In this document: positions 20,837 to 30,502 of the stretch, piece by piece
Layout: each line of letters begins with the position of its first letter
Position numbering within the stretch: position 1 is the stretch's first letter
Source of the DNA: a bacterium
GTDB lineage: Bacteria > Electryoneota > JAOADG01
Direction of reading: 5' to 3'
Assembly: GCA_963681965.1 (NCBI GenBank)
Contig: OY820579.1
Coordinates: forward strand, 3,232,001 to 3,296,000
Length of the DNA: 64,000 bases
The notes under the pieces: model-generated
Told to the model about the DNA's origin: nothing
The model's input: only the letters and a program-made list of their open reading frames with translations
Databases searched by the model: none
Position numbers and translations under genes: made by a program

Positions 20837-21969
20837 TTTGCCGCCTCCCGGATTGCTGCCAAAATATCGCGTGGATGAATCGGAATACCGCCTACTTGGT
20901 TCACTCCGGTAACAATCTTATCGGGACCAAGCACCCGACGAACTTCCCAAATGATCTGTCCCAGATTCATTTCCGGAACGATCACCGACTTCATCGGTTT
21001 CAACAAATTGATCACTGCTTTATCCGGGAACGGCCACAGCGTCAGTGGACGCAACAGACCGACTTTGATACCTTCGTTGCGGGCGCGGTTGATCGCTTCC
21101 ATCGCTGCGCGACCGGAAGTACCGAACGAGAAAATTCCAATTTCGGCATCTTCCATTCGATATTCTTCCCACTTCTCGATCTTGTGAATATTCGCGTCGA
21201 TTTTCCGTTGCTGTCGTTCCTGATCCTTCTGCACTAAATCCGGATTTGTCGTCGGGAAACCGGTTTTATCGTGGGAAAGACCCGTTACATGGAAGTTGTA
21301 ACCTTCGAAGTAATTCGCCATCGGGGGAATATCGCCGAATGCCGTATCGTACGGATTGTATAGTTCCGGCGGGACAGTCGGTCGCAACCGATTCACAATC
21401 TCCAATTCGTCCGAGGTCGGTAAACTAAGTCCACTGGACAAGTGACCAATCACTTCATCCAACAAGAGAATGACTGGCGTGCGGAATTCTTCCGATAGAT
21501 TGAATGCACGCACCGTTTCCGAAAAGATCTCTTCGGGAAATGCCGGTGTCAACGCAATCATCGGGTGATCGCCGTGCGTTCCCCAGCGTGTTTGCATCAC
21601 ATCCGATTGCGATGGTGCAGTCGGCAAACCGGTCGATGGTCCACCGCGCATCACATTAACAATCACCACCGGAACTTCGGCGATACAGGCAAAACCGATA
21701 TGCTCCTGCTTCAGAGAAATACCCGGTCCCGACGTCGCCGTTAGCGATTTGGCACCAGTCAGCGAGGCACCGATCACGGCTCCCATTGCCGAGATTTCGT
21801 CTTCCATCTGGATGAAACTGCCCCCGTTCAACGGTAACAGCTTTGCCATTTCGGAAGCGACTTCCGATGACGGAGTAATGGGATACCCCGCGTAAAACTT
21901 GCATCCGGCAGCAACCGCCGCATGGGCGACGATCTCATTGCCTTGATAAAATTTCATTGGTTGAGGCAC
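20833..21969 (-). CDS. korA: 2-oxoacid:ferredoxin oxidoreductase alpha subunit
   Basis: GYPITPSS, QMEDE, TSGPG, RGGPSTGLPT, EMNLGQ. Confidence 0.94.
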   Translation of the reverse strand: MPQPMKFYQGNEIVAHAAVAAGCKFYAGYPITPSSEVASEMAKLLPLNGGSFIQMEDEISAMGAVIGASLTGAKSLTATSGPGISLKQEHIGFACIAEVPVVIVNVMRGGPSTGLPTAPSQSDVMQTRWGTHGDHPMIALTPAFPEEIFSETVRAFNLSEEFRTPVILLLDEVIGHLSSGLSLPTSDELEIVNRLRPTVPPELYNPYDTAFGDIPPMANYFEGYNFHVTGLSHDKTGFPTTNPDLVQKDQERQQRKIDANIHKIEKWEEYRMEDAEIGIFSFGTSGRAAMEAINRARNEGIKVGLLRPLTLWPFPDKAVINLLKPMKSVIVPEMNLGQIIWEVRRVLGPDKIVTGVNQVGGIPIHPRDILAAIREAAK

Positions 21970-21989
21970 GATTTCTCCACGATTGCTGG

Positions 21990-22253
21990 TTATGCCACAG
22001 CTTTCTTTTGCTTAAAGGAATAAACTCGAATGGCGTAATCCGGACACTCGATTTCGCACAGCATACAAGCGGTACAAGCATCGATGTCGGCGATTTCTGC
22101 CAGTGTACCTTCCCACTTGTCCGTTGCGTCGATCATAATCAGGACATTTTTCGGGCAGACTTCGGCACAGATCGTACACCCTTTGCAGAGCTGCTTATCG
22201 ATCACGATTTTGGTGTTTCCGTCCGCGGAAGTCAGATCTAATTTGGGTTCCAT
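21990..22253 (-). CDS. korD: 2x[4Fe-4S] delta subunit / ferredoxin
   Basis: CKGCTICAEVCP and CTACMLCEIECP. Confidence 0.9.
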   Translation of the reverse strand: MEPKLDLTSADGNTKIVIDKQLCKGCTICAEVCPKNVLIMIDATDKWEGTLAEIADIDACTACMLCEIECPDYAIRVYSFKQKKAVA

Positions 22254-22317
22254 TTGCTTTTCATCCCATCATACAATGTGTGCAGCGAACCATACTGCTG
22301 CAACGATCAATCAAATA

Positions 22318-23187
22318 TCAGTTCAGAACTTTCTTCATTGTTTCACCGAGTGACGATGGTGTCGGACAAACATGAATTCCGGCATCCTGCAAGGCAGTCA
22401 TCTTCTCTTGTGCCGTTCCTTTGCCACCACTGATGATCGCACCGGCATGACCCATCCGTCGACCGGGAGGAGCTGTCTGACCGGCAATAAATGCGACGAC
22501 CGGTTTCTTACCATATTGTTTGATCCAAGCAGCAGCGGTTTCTTCGGCGTTACCGCCAATTTCACCGATCATCACGATGCCATCGGTATCCGGGTCGTCA
22601 TTGAACAATTGAATAATGTCGATAAACGGACTGCCGATAATCGGATCGCCACCGATACCGATACAAGTGCTTTGTCCGAGTCCCACTTGCGTCAATTGAT
22701 GAACCGCTTCGTAGGTCAGCGTTCCAGAACGGCTGATCACACCTACGCGACCCGGCTTGTGAATGAAACCGGGCATGATCCCCATTTTCGCTTGACCCGG
22801 AGAAATCACGCCGGGGCAATTCGGTCCGACCAGTCGCGCATTCGTATCTTCCAGTACCCGCTTCACACCGACCATATCGACAACCGGAATACCTTCGGAG
22901 ATGCATACAACCAGTTTGATACCGGCATCGAACGCTTCCAGAATTGCATCGGCTGCCAGATGCGGTGGAACAAAGATTGTCGTTGCCTCGGCACCTTCAT
23001 TGCGAACGGCATCGTACACCGAATTGAATACCGGTCGATTTAAATGAGTGGTGCCACCTTTACCGGGAGTTACACCACCGACTACATTCGTGCCATATTC
23101 CAGCATCTGTCCGGCGTGAAAGGTTCCTTCCTTGCCGGTGAAACCCTGAACGATCACACGAGTATTTTTGTTCAGTAGAATCGCCAT
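22318..23187 (-). CDS. sucD: Succinyl-CoA synthetase alpha subunit
   Basis: [30 protein letters not shown]. Confidence 0.97.
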   Translation of the reverse strand: MAILLNKNTRVIVQGFTGKEGTFHAGQMLEYGTNVVGGVTPGKGGTTHLNRPVFNSVYDAVRNEGAEATTIFVPPHLAADAILEAFDAGIKLVVCISEGIPVVDMVGVKRVLEDTNARLVGPNCPGVISPGQAKMGIMPGFIHKPGRVGVISRSGTLTYEAVHQLTQVGLGQSTCIGIGGDPIIGSPFIDIIQLFNDDPDTDGIVMIGEIGGNAEETAAAWIKQYGKKPVVAFIAGQTAPPGRRMGHAGAIISGGKGTAQEKMTALQDAGIHVCPTPSSLGETMKKVLN

Positions 23188-23200
23188 ACCTTCCCCCTCT

Positions 23201-24364
23201 CTACGCCGATTTTGCTGCCGAAACTACTTTTTCAGCCGCATCCAGTAAGTCCTTACCAACGATGAAATTCATTCCCGATTGCGCGAGGATCTCACCGGCT
23301 TCCTTACTATTGGTTCCTTCCAATCGCACCACGATCGGTACCGACACGTTTTCCGACTGGACTGCGTCCATCACCCCTTGCGCTACGCGATCGCAGCGAA
23401 CAATGCCACCGAAAATATTAATCAGAATCGCTTTTACATTCGGATCGCTGAGAATGATTTTAAATCCGGCAGCGACGGTCTCTTTATTCGCACCACCACC
23501 GACATCGAGGAAATTCGCCGGTTCGCCGCCACAGTATTTAATAATGTCCATGGTGCCCATTGCTAGTCCGGCACCATTCACCATACATCCGACATTGCCA
23601 TCGAGCTTCACATAATTCAAACTGTATTTCGAGGCTTCGATTTCGGCGGGCTCTTCTTCCGATAGATCGCGCATTTCAGCATAATTGGGATGACGATCGA
23701 GTGCATTGTCGTCGAAGTTGATCTTGGCATCGAGTGCAATAATCCTGCCGTCCGCCAATTGCGCCAATGGATTGATTTCGACCAGCGAGGCATCGGACTT
23801 GACATATAGATCGTACAGTTTCATCAAAAACTGCGTTGCCTGCTTGTGCGAATCGCCGGAGAGACCCAGTTGATAGGCTAACTGACGCGCTTGGAACATA
23901 CGGAAACCGATCGCCGGATCGACCCAGATCTTCACGATTTTTTCCGGGGTCTTGGCGGCAACCTGTTCGATCTCCATCCCACCTTCGGTCGAGACCATCA
24001 CCACATTGCGACCTCTTTCACGATCCAAAACGATACCGGCATAAAACTCTTTTGCGATCTGCGCCGCTTCTTCGATCAGGATTCGCTGGACCTTCTTTCC
24101 TTCCGGTCCCGTCTGATGAGTGATCAGTTGCATTCCTAAAATCTGCCAGGCATACTGCTTCACTTCATCGCGGTTCCGCGCCAGCTTTACTCCGCCGCCT
24201 TTACCGCGTCCGCCGGCATGGATTTGCGCCTTCACTACGACCGGATAACCCAAATCTTCTGCGATTGCAATCGCTTCTTCGACCGTAAATGCCGGGCGTC
24301 CGCGAGGTACCGCGACACCGAATTGTCGACACAGTTCCTTAGCCTGATATTCATGAATCTTCAT
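23201..24364 (-). CDS. sucC: Succinyl-CoA synthetase beta subunit
   Basis: [40 protein letters not shown]. Confidence 0.97.
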   Translation of the reverse strand: MKIHEYQAKELCRQFGVAVPRGRPAFTVEEAIAIAEDLGYPVVVKAQIHAGGRGKGGGVKLARNRDEVKQYAWQILGMQLITHQTGPEGKKVQRILIEEAAQIAKEFYAGIVLDRERGRNVVMVSTEGGMEIEQVAAKTPEKIVKIWVDPAIGFRMFQARQLAYQLGLSGDSHKQATQFLMKLYDLYVKSDASLVEINPLAQLADGRIIALDAKINFDDNALDRHPNYAEMRDLSEEEPAEIEASKYSLNYVKLDGNVGCMVNGAGLAMGTMDIIKYCGGEPANFLDVGGGANKETVAAGFKIILSDPNVKAILINIFGGIVRCDRVAQGVMDAVQSENVSVPIVVRLEGTNSKEAGEILAQSGMNFIVGKDLLDAAEKVVSAAKSA

Positions 24365-24883
24365 TCAACCCCCGAATCGTTTTGATCTCTTGATTGATCG
24401 TTCCGGTTCCAATGTCTAAATAATTAAATCTAGATGCAAGACTTATGTTCAATACTTCACATAACCGGTACTTGATGCAACACTCTGATCCAAAAAATCA
24501 TTGCGGTAGTTGTTGCGACTAGTGGGAGATACGGATACTACCCAACGTTTGTTGTTATTTTTCTAGTGTCGATCTCAGTTAGAATCCAGTTACGAATTTC
24601 CTCTACAATATCGCTCATTTTGTTCGATTGATTTCATCGCTGTCCGGCGACCGATGCGAAACGGACTCGTAGCACCAGCTTACTTTAGGAATATGATTAT
24701 ATCGAACCTCGCGGAGATTTCCGTCCATAGTACTCTTTTTTATCATGAATCATTATTATTCAACGTAATTAACAATTTAATATTTATCGACATACTCACA
24801 AATATTTAATGCGAGTTTGTTCAATTTATTGTGAGTTGTGTCTTCTCACAAAACAGATATTTTACTACTTTCACAGTTATCAC

Positions 24884-24915
24884 TTGCATCTCTTTTTTTT
24901 TTTTTACTTTATAAG
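24884..24915 (+). promoter_or_regulatory. Candidate sigma70-type promoter with a T13 tract in the spacer
   Basis: TTGCAT at 24884, T13 at 24893-24905, then TACTTT/TATAAG; about 210 bp upstream of the island lipoprotein gene. Confidence 0.35.
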
Positions 24916-25319
24916 TAGCCGTATCAAATCGCACTGCTCCAATTGCACGGTTTTATCTATTTGATATCGATTTTGAAAACAAGATTTTTGAATCGGCGTC
25001 CAAACCGCTTCTTTCAATGCTTTCGATACGTGCCTGACTATTCACTTTGATCTGAAAACCGGGATTGTTTCCACTCCTTTATACTATCGAAACAATCGCA
25101 CCTGACACGAAAGGGTACTCCCATGAAAAAGCATCTCATTTTCATCACGCTACTCATTGCATCGGTTTTTGTGTATTTTGGTTGCAGCACATTTAATGAC
25201 AGCAGTAACAACAGCGTTAGCTCTCCGAACCCTCATTCAGGAAAAGGGGGTGCTAACATCGCTTCGGTCGGGCTGCCGGAAGGGTGGGATTTAGCGGGGA
25301 TTGATCATTATTATGTAAT

Positions 25320-26537
25320 GAAACCTCTGAAAAAATCACTTTTGTATCACTCTCTTTTGCCTCATCAGTCTGATTTCGACGATTTTCGAAATGAATTGCA
25401 AATTTTAGTGTAATTGGGGTCGATTTTGGTTGGATTTTTTGATGATTTTCGGTGATTTCTGCTGCTTGGGCAGAGTTCACTCTCCGATTTATCGTTTTTC
25501 AGGTTACCAGCACCAGTTTGCAGGCCCGTTTCAAGTTCACTGCCATGGCGGTAAAGTAGACTTGTGTCAGATTCCGTTCGATACCGTAATAGCGCAAACG
25601 CGCGAGGTGTCCCCACCGCTTCAAGTCGTTCATCTTGGCTTCGATCCGGCTTCGGATCCGTGAGTTGGATCGATTGCGGCATCGCTCATGTTCCGTCAAG
25701 CGACGATTGCGTCTTGCCTTGTGAAGAATGCCGTCGTACCAGTGGCGGGCGTGAATCAAGTTGCGGTGTGCCGTCGAATCGTACGCCTTGTCGGCAAACA
25801 CGCCACCGGTGTCGTCGGGAAGCAATGCCTCGAACACCTGCGAGTCGTGAACAATATTCGATGTCAAGTCGACTGCTTCGATCAGCTCGCTTTCATGATC
25901 CATCGAAACATGCACTTTCATCCCGTCGACCGGTTTATCTTTGCGGACCGTGATGGTTACATCGGGGTCGACCGGAGTACCGTCGGCACGGGTGGAGCCC
26001 GCAGTCGTGGCACCCTTGACCAATGTCGCGTCGACCAGTGTACAACTGCGAACGAATAGACCGAACGAAGCCAACTGACGGTTCAATTCATTGAACAATT
26101 CCTTCTCGTAACGAAAGTCGCGCAACCGTTGACGGAACCGAACCAGGGTCGAATCGTCCAACAGATAATCGCGAACGGTAAAACCGATAAACCGTTCGAA
26201 GCTGCGTCGGTCGTGGATCTCCTGCACCACTTGTACATCCGACAGACCGTACCATTGTTCCAACAGCAACGCTTTGAACAACATCAACGGCGGGATCGGG
26301 GGGCGACCGCGGGTGCCGCGGTACATCCGCATTAGCAGCGACTCGATCGGACGAAAATCGATCAACCGATCGATCTCATCAAGCATGCTCTTCTTGTGAC
26401 GGCGACACTGATCGTCTAGTTCACCGAAGGTAATCCATTCGCGGGTAGAGGGAACGAGGGACATTGTAAACTCCGTTATAGGCTCTAACGGCAATACGAG
26501 ATAATCATCAAAAACGTGGGATTAAATCAGAGGTTTC
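25320..26537 (-). mobile_element. IS5-family insertion sequence (1218 bp)
   Basis: Terminal inverted repeats GAAACCTCTGA...TCAGAGGTTTC; 5-bp direct repeat GTAAT at 25315-25319 and 26538-26542; higher GC than its flanks. Confidence 0.93.
25499..26494 (-). CDS. IS5-family DDE transposase
   Basis: GRPPIPPLMLFKALLLEQWYGLSD (DUF772-like), DDSTLVRFR, LVDAT, ADKAY, RSRIE. Confidence 0.93.
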   Translation of the reverse strand: MPLEPITEFTMSLVPSTREWITFGELDDQCRRHKKSMLDEIDRLIDFRPIESLLMRMYRGTRGRPPIPPLMLFKALLLEQWYGLSDVQVVQEIHDRRSFERFIGFTVRDYLLDDSTLVRFRQRLRDFRYEKELFNELNRQLASFGLFVRSCTLVDATLVKGATTAGSTRADGTPVDPDVTITVRKDKPVDGMKVHVSMDHESELIEAVDLTSNIVHDSQVFEALLPDDTGGVFADKAYDSTAHRNLIHARHWYDGILHKARRNRRLTEHERCRNRSNSRIRSRIEAKMNDLKRWGHLARLRYYGIERNLTQVYFTAMAVNLKRACKLVLVT

Positions 26538-27349
26538 GTAATGAGATTTTTAGATAGCTCATTATGTGTCGACTTTGATACAAGTTGGACGGATACGATG
26601 CTACATAATTACATTTCAAATCAAGTAATATATTATTTAAATAATAATGCAACTTATTATAATACCAATATTGATTCGCTAATTATTATTGTAGAGGAAG
26701 TAATAAAAAATGTATCTTATCCTAGTCTCCCAAGTCTCATAGATTTACATCAACTTTTTAATGATCTGGTATATAATAAATTAGCATACGATTCTGATAG
26801 CATTTATGTCAATAGAATAATTAATCTCTTATTTACAAAAGATGTAAGTATGAATTCAATCGGAGATAGCTTATATCAAATTAAAAGCGAGCTAGGAAAT
26901 AAGGAGTGGATTGATGGAGATCTATTCCTCCCGATAACATTGTCAATTGCAATTCATAGCTGGGAAAGTGTTTACTCAGGTTGGCAATTTAATCCGGTTT
27001 ATCACACATCCTCTACGGATGAGTTCGGTCCAGGACAACCTGGTGCACCTGGTTCGATTCATCCCGAGGTTATCGCTGCTGATTTAAAGGGAGCTTGGGA
27101 AGGTATTAAACTTGTAGCTAATGTCGCAGCTGCAGCAGCTCCAATAGGAAGTTCAAGTGGGGGAGGTGCTGCATATCGTTTAGGTCCGCGCTGGCTTCCA
27201 CTAGGTGCTGTAGGTGCAGCAATAATAATAGGAGGTGCTGTTGGTGGAGCCTGTCAACGATCTGGTGAAATGTCAGCAAAGATTCAAAATGATTTACAAA
27301 AAACTGGTTCTTCAAATTTAGTCTATCCAAGAAATTGACACATTTTACC

Positions 27350-27387
27350 AATCCAAAGATGGGTAATTGATTACCCATCATTGGATT
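27350..27387. other. 18-bp-stem hairpin between the lipoprotein gene and the first membrane-protein gene
   Basis: AATCCAAAGATGGGTAAT-tg-ATTACCCATCATTGGATT, with 17 of 18 positions complementary. Confidence 0.7.
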
Positions 27388-27403
27388 AATAATCTCAATA
27401 TCA

Positions 27404-27745
27404 GTGGAGAATATTATGAAAGATCATTTAGTTTTAATCGGAACGACGTTAGTCTTTTTAATTTCATTCTTCGTTAATTCTTTACCTAAATATTTTGATG
27501 CTAATATTACAAACATTTCGCACGAAGAGCTGTCAAAAAAATATAAACAGTTACACATGTGGTTTGATATATGTTATTTTGTGCTTCTAGTATTGTTTTT
27601 ATGGATTTCCTGTATCTCTGATTTAACTGGTATTTATAAAACAAATTCCATCGGATCTACCTTCTCAATCTATTCGCTTTTTCTATTTATTGTAACTTTT
27701 ATTATATATAAATTTATTTATAAGTATTTTAAAAAAGGTAATTAG
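27404..27745 (+). CDS. Small 3-TM membrane protein (putative immunity protein); its stop codon is supplied by the IS1595 end
   Basis: Three hydrophobic segments and an ISHEELSKKY motif; the last codons GGT AAT TAG lie inside the IS terminal repeat. Confidence 0.65.
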   Translation: MENIMKDHLVLIGTTLVFLISFFVNSLPKYFDANITNISHEELSKKYKQLHMWFDICYFVLLVLFLWISCISDLTGIYKTNSIGSTFSIYSLFLFIVTFIIYKFIYKYFKKGN

Positions 27746-28628
27746 TGGTGGTCTGGCACAAGCATTATCTTGTGATCGAGGATCTAATTACTTACGAACA
27801 CTTGGTTAAGAACGAACAAACAGCACGAAAATTCGTGTTGGGATTTTGCTGGAAAAACCAACAGCGATTTTGTCCCCGTTGTAACACCCGAAAACTATAT
27901 CGGTTATCGGACCATCGTTATCGCTGTTCGGAATGCAAATACACCTTCCACGACTTCAGTGGCAGATGGATCAACCATGGTTCTTTGAGTTGCCAGCAAT
28001 GGCTTCGTATCGTAAAATTGTTTGAGCTCGAGCAGTCGGTGCGCAAGATTGCGAGCCAGTTGAATCTCGATTACGGAACGGCTTACAAAGCGGTTACCAC
28101 GATTCGCTTGGCGATCCTGACGAATCAGATTAGTCCGCCGCTGGGCAGTAACCTCGAGCTCGATGAAAGTTATTTCGGCGGCCATAGCAAAGGGAACCGT
28201 GGCCGTGGTGCGGCCGGGAAAGTCCCGGTATTCGGCATTCTCCAGCAACAAGGCAAAGTCGTTGTAGAAGTGGTTCCCGATGTCAGTGTCGAGACGCTGG
28301 TCGAGTTAACGGTAAAAAAAGTTCGTCGCGGCAGCATCATTTACACCGACAAATTTCGCAGCTACGACAGTCTAATGTGCTGCGGTTATCGCCATCTGAA
28401 AGTCGATCACGGCAAACAATTTGTGAAAGGTCGTGTTCACATCAATGGACTTGAAGGGTTCTGGAGCTGGACAAAGGAACGGTTGATGAAACACCATGGC
28501 GTTTCGAAAGAGACTTTTCCGCTGTATCTCAAAGAGCTCGAGTTCAGGTACAATAATCGCGATCAGGATATCTTCAAAATGATCGTGCTATATCTGTCAA
28601 CTATTGTGCCAAACCACCACTAATTACC
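27737..28628 (+). mobile_element. IS1595-family insertion sequence (892 bp)
   Basis: 25-bp TIRs GGTAATTAGTGGTGGTCTGGCACAA / TTGTGCCAAACCACCACTAATTACC with 1 mismatch; no flanking direct repeat seen. Confidence 0.92.
27745..28623 (+). CDS. IS1595-family (ISXO2-like) transposase
   Basis: Zn ribbon CPRC...CSEC, HTH, ELDESYFGG, YTDKFRSY, HINGLEGFW, YLKELEFRYN. The true start may be slightly downstream. Confidence 0.93.
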   Translation: MVVWHKHYLVIEDLITYEHLVKNEQTARKFVLGFCWKNQQRFCPRCNTRKLYRLSDHRYRCSECKYTFHDFSGRWINHGSLSCQQWLRIVKLFELEQSVRKIASQLNLDYGTAYKAVTTIRLAILTNQISPPLGSNLELDESYFGGHSKGNRGRGAAGKVPVFGILQQQGKVVVEVVPDVSVETLVELTVKKVRRGSIIYTDKFRSYDSLMCCGYRHLKVDHGKQFVKGRVHINGLEGFWSWTKERLMKHHGVSKETFPLYLKELEFRYNNRDQDIFKMIVLYLSTIVPNHH

Positions 28629-28655
28629 TACTTTTTCATCTAATTTTCCATAGAG

Positions 28656-28970
28656 GTGATCATGAACTTGTCATATACTATCATTGTCTTTGTCAGTTTA
28701 CTCATTTTAACAATCTCGTTATTGCTATCAAGGGTATATTCCTCTAGGAAAGAAAAAAATAAGATTAGTTATGAAGATTTAAAAATGCGTTACGAGGTAG
28801 GATTGGCACTATTTTATTATACGATATCTTGGGTATATTTTACACATTCATATTCGGTTGATTCCATAAATCGATATACCGGCACACTAATTAGTATTTT
28901 TGCTTTAATAATTGTCTATTTTGTTCTATTACGGGTTTACAGATTTATGAATAGACCAAATCAAGAATAG
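28656..28970 (+). CDS. Small 3-TM membrane protein, apparent paralog of 27404-27745
   Basis: GAGG RBS; a TM segment, then ISYEDLKMRY, a TM segment, then GTLISIFALIIVYF..YRF. This layout parallels ISHEELSKKY...GSTFSIYSLFLFIVTF..YKY in the upstream gene. Confidence 0.65.
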   Translation: MIMNLSYTIIVFVSLLILTISLLLSRVYSSRKEKNKISYEDLKMRYEVGLALFYYTISWVYFTHSYSVDSINRYTGTLISIFALIIVYFVLLRVYRFMNRPNQE

Positions 28971-28984
28971 AAACCTCTGATTTA
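28970..28984 (+). mobile_element. Orphan IS5 terminal repeat
   Basis: GAAACCTCTGATTTA is the exact reverse complement of 26523-26537. Confidence 0.6.
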
Positions 28985-29041
28985 GAACATATCCCAATTG
29001 AAATTTGTTCTGATGCCAACACAATTTAGATTGGAGGTACT

Positions 29042-29347
29042 GTGAATTTTGAATTTAAAACCATCGATCTCACAATCGTGATGATCGCAGTATTCGCTAA
29101 CTTCATTCGTTTTCCTGAATAAATTCCAAAGGAATTTGAGGAGATCGTTAAAGTTGTAATGCAATCGCTACGACCTTCAGGTTATTTCTTTGCACTTTAT
29201 TTTATATTTGGAAGTGCTTCTTCATCAAATACATCCATCAACTACCTATACTTCAATTGGATACTCGTTTTTGTGTTATCATTAGCAATAAATATTATAT
29301 TGAAGAAATTCAAATGGCATCGCAGTTGTAGTACAAATCAAATATGA
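29042..29347 (+). pseudogene. Third small membrane protein, with an in-frame nonsense codon
   Basis: GGAGG at 29033, GTG at 29042, a single in-frame TAA at 29120-29122, then the frame continues into the 29159-29347 ORF; about 100 aa with about 3 hydrophobic segments. Confidence 0.6.
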
Positions 29348-29444
29348 AATGTATTACCATTGTGAGGTGCATGAAACATAAACGTATCATGCGCCTTTAG
29401 CTACCACGATCTAATATTTCTATTCTGTAATCGTATAGCTAAAC

Positions 29445-29475
29445 AAAAAAAAGGCGGATCCTACGATCCGCCTTT
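29445..29475 (-). terminator. Rho-independent terminator after arcC
   Basis: Minus strand reads AAAGGCGGATC-GTAG-GATCCGCCTTTTTTTT. Confidence 0.88.
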
Positions 29476-29542
29476 CAGTTTTTCTAGAAATATAAGTTGA
29501 TCACGAGGTCTCGGTCAATTGAAAACTTTGTTCTACCCGGCG

Positions 29543-30502
29543 TTATCGCGAGATCACGGTACCGACTTTTCCTTCTACCGCTTCAACCAGTTTATCGTGA
29601 GATGTAATAATCACCCGTTCGCCGCCCCACTCCAGAAAATCCAAGGCAGCGCCGATTTTCGGTCCCATCGAACCTTTCGGGAAAATACCGGTTGCGAATA
29701 CCGCTTTCATCTCATCGAACTGAATTGTTTCGATCTTCCGTTGAGTCGGCTGTTCGTAATCCAGATAGACATAATCGACACCGGTCAAAATGAACAGGTC
29801 GTGTGCGCCGATATCGCGACCCAAAACTGCCGAGGCGCGATCTTTATCGATCACCGCATCGACCCCTTCGAGCCTGCCGTCGGGTTCGCGATACACCGGA
29901 ATACCACCACCACCGACCGAGATACAAATGATGCCATCATGCACCAATTGCTGAATCACGGCTTTGTTGATGATCTCTTTCGGGATCGGAGAACCGACAA
30001 CCCGTCGCCACTTGCCATGCTCGACTTTCTTAACATGCCAGCCTGCCGTATCGCGGCGTTTGATCGCTTCGGCTTCTTCGAAAAACTGTCCGATCGGCTT
30101 CGTCGGATCGATCAGTGCCGGGTCGTTCCGATCGACCAAAACCTGCGAGACGATCGTTACAACTTGACGATCCAGACCAGCCAATAACAAGCTGTTCTGT
30201 AACGTCTGTTCCAGCATGTATCCGATCCCGCCTTCGGTATCGGCGACAATCACTCCGAGTGGCAGTTCCGGTGCTTCACCTACGGTTCGTTCCACCCGAA
30301 GCAGAGCATTGCCGACCTGCGGGCCATTACCGTGAGTGACTGCAACGTTGTAACCACGACGAATCAGTTCGACAATGCCGCGAAGTGACTCGCGGCTATT
30401 GCGAAATTGATTGGTGATCGTGTCGACTTCACCGGGAGGTGAAATCGCGTTGCCACCCAGCGCTACAACCGCGATGCGATTGTTAGTGCCCCCGGTACTC
30501 AC
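29543..30502 (-). CDS. arcC: Carbamate kinase
   Basis: VALGGNA, THGNGPQVG, PTKPIG, RRVVGSP, GGGGIPV, AVIDKD, GSMGPK. Confidence 0.95.
   Translation of the reverse strand: MSTGGTNNRIAVVALGGNAISPPGEVDTITNQFRNSRESLRGIVELIRRGYNVAVTHGNGPQVGNALLRVERTVGEAPELPLGVIVADTEGGIGYMLEQTLQNSLLLAGLDRQVVTIVSQVLVDRNDPALIDPTKPIGQFFEEAEAIKRRDTAGWHVKKVEHGKWRRVVGSPIPKEIINKAVIQQLVHDGIICISVGGGGIPVYREPDGRLEGVDAVIDKDRASAVLGRDIGAHDLFILTGVDYVYLDYEQPTQRKIETIQFDEMKAVFATGIFPKGSMGPKIGAALDFLEWGGERVIITSHDKLVEAVEGKVGTVISR

Larger units (their letters stand above)
25123..27338 (+). pseudogene. About 330-aa lipoprotein with a C-terminal Gly/Ala-rich hydrophobic (glycine-zipper) region, interrupted by IS5
   Basis: Removing the IS and one GTAAT copy joins ...DHYYV (25123-25317) in frame to MRFLDSS... 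(26541-27338). Lipobox-like VYFG-C at residue 21; C-terminal AAAAAPIGSSSGGGAA...LGAVGAAIIIGGAVGGA. Confidence 0.85.

Noticed and set aside
24400-24760. Short ORFs upstream of sucC (e.g. MQHSDPKNHCGSCCD)
   Set aside because: Under 40 aa, with no clear RBS or recognisable motif; they cannot be supported.
25123-29400. Integron cassette array or prophage as the origin of the island
   Set aside because: No integrase, no attC-like RYYYAAC...GTTRRRY pairs and no phage genes were seen.
29499-29512. GATCACGAGGTCTC as a partner end for the orphan IS5 TIR
   Set aside because: It needs a gap and a mismatch, and it lies between arcC and its terminator; likely chance.
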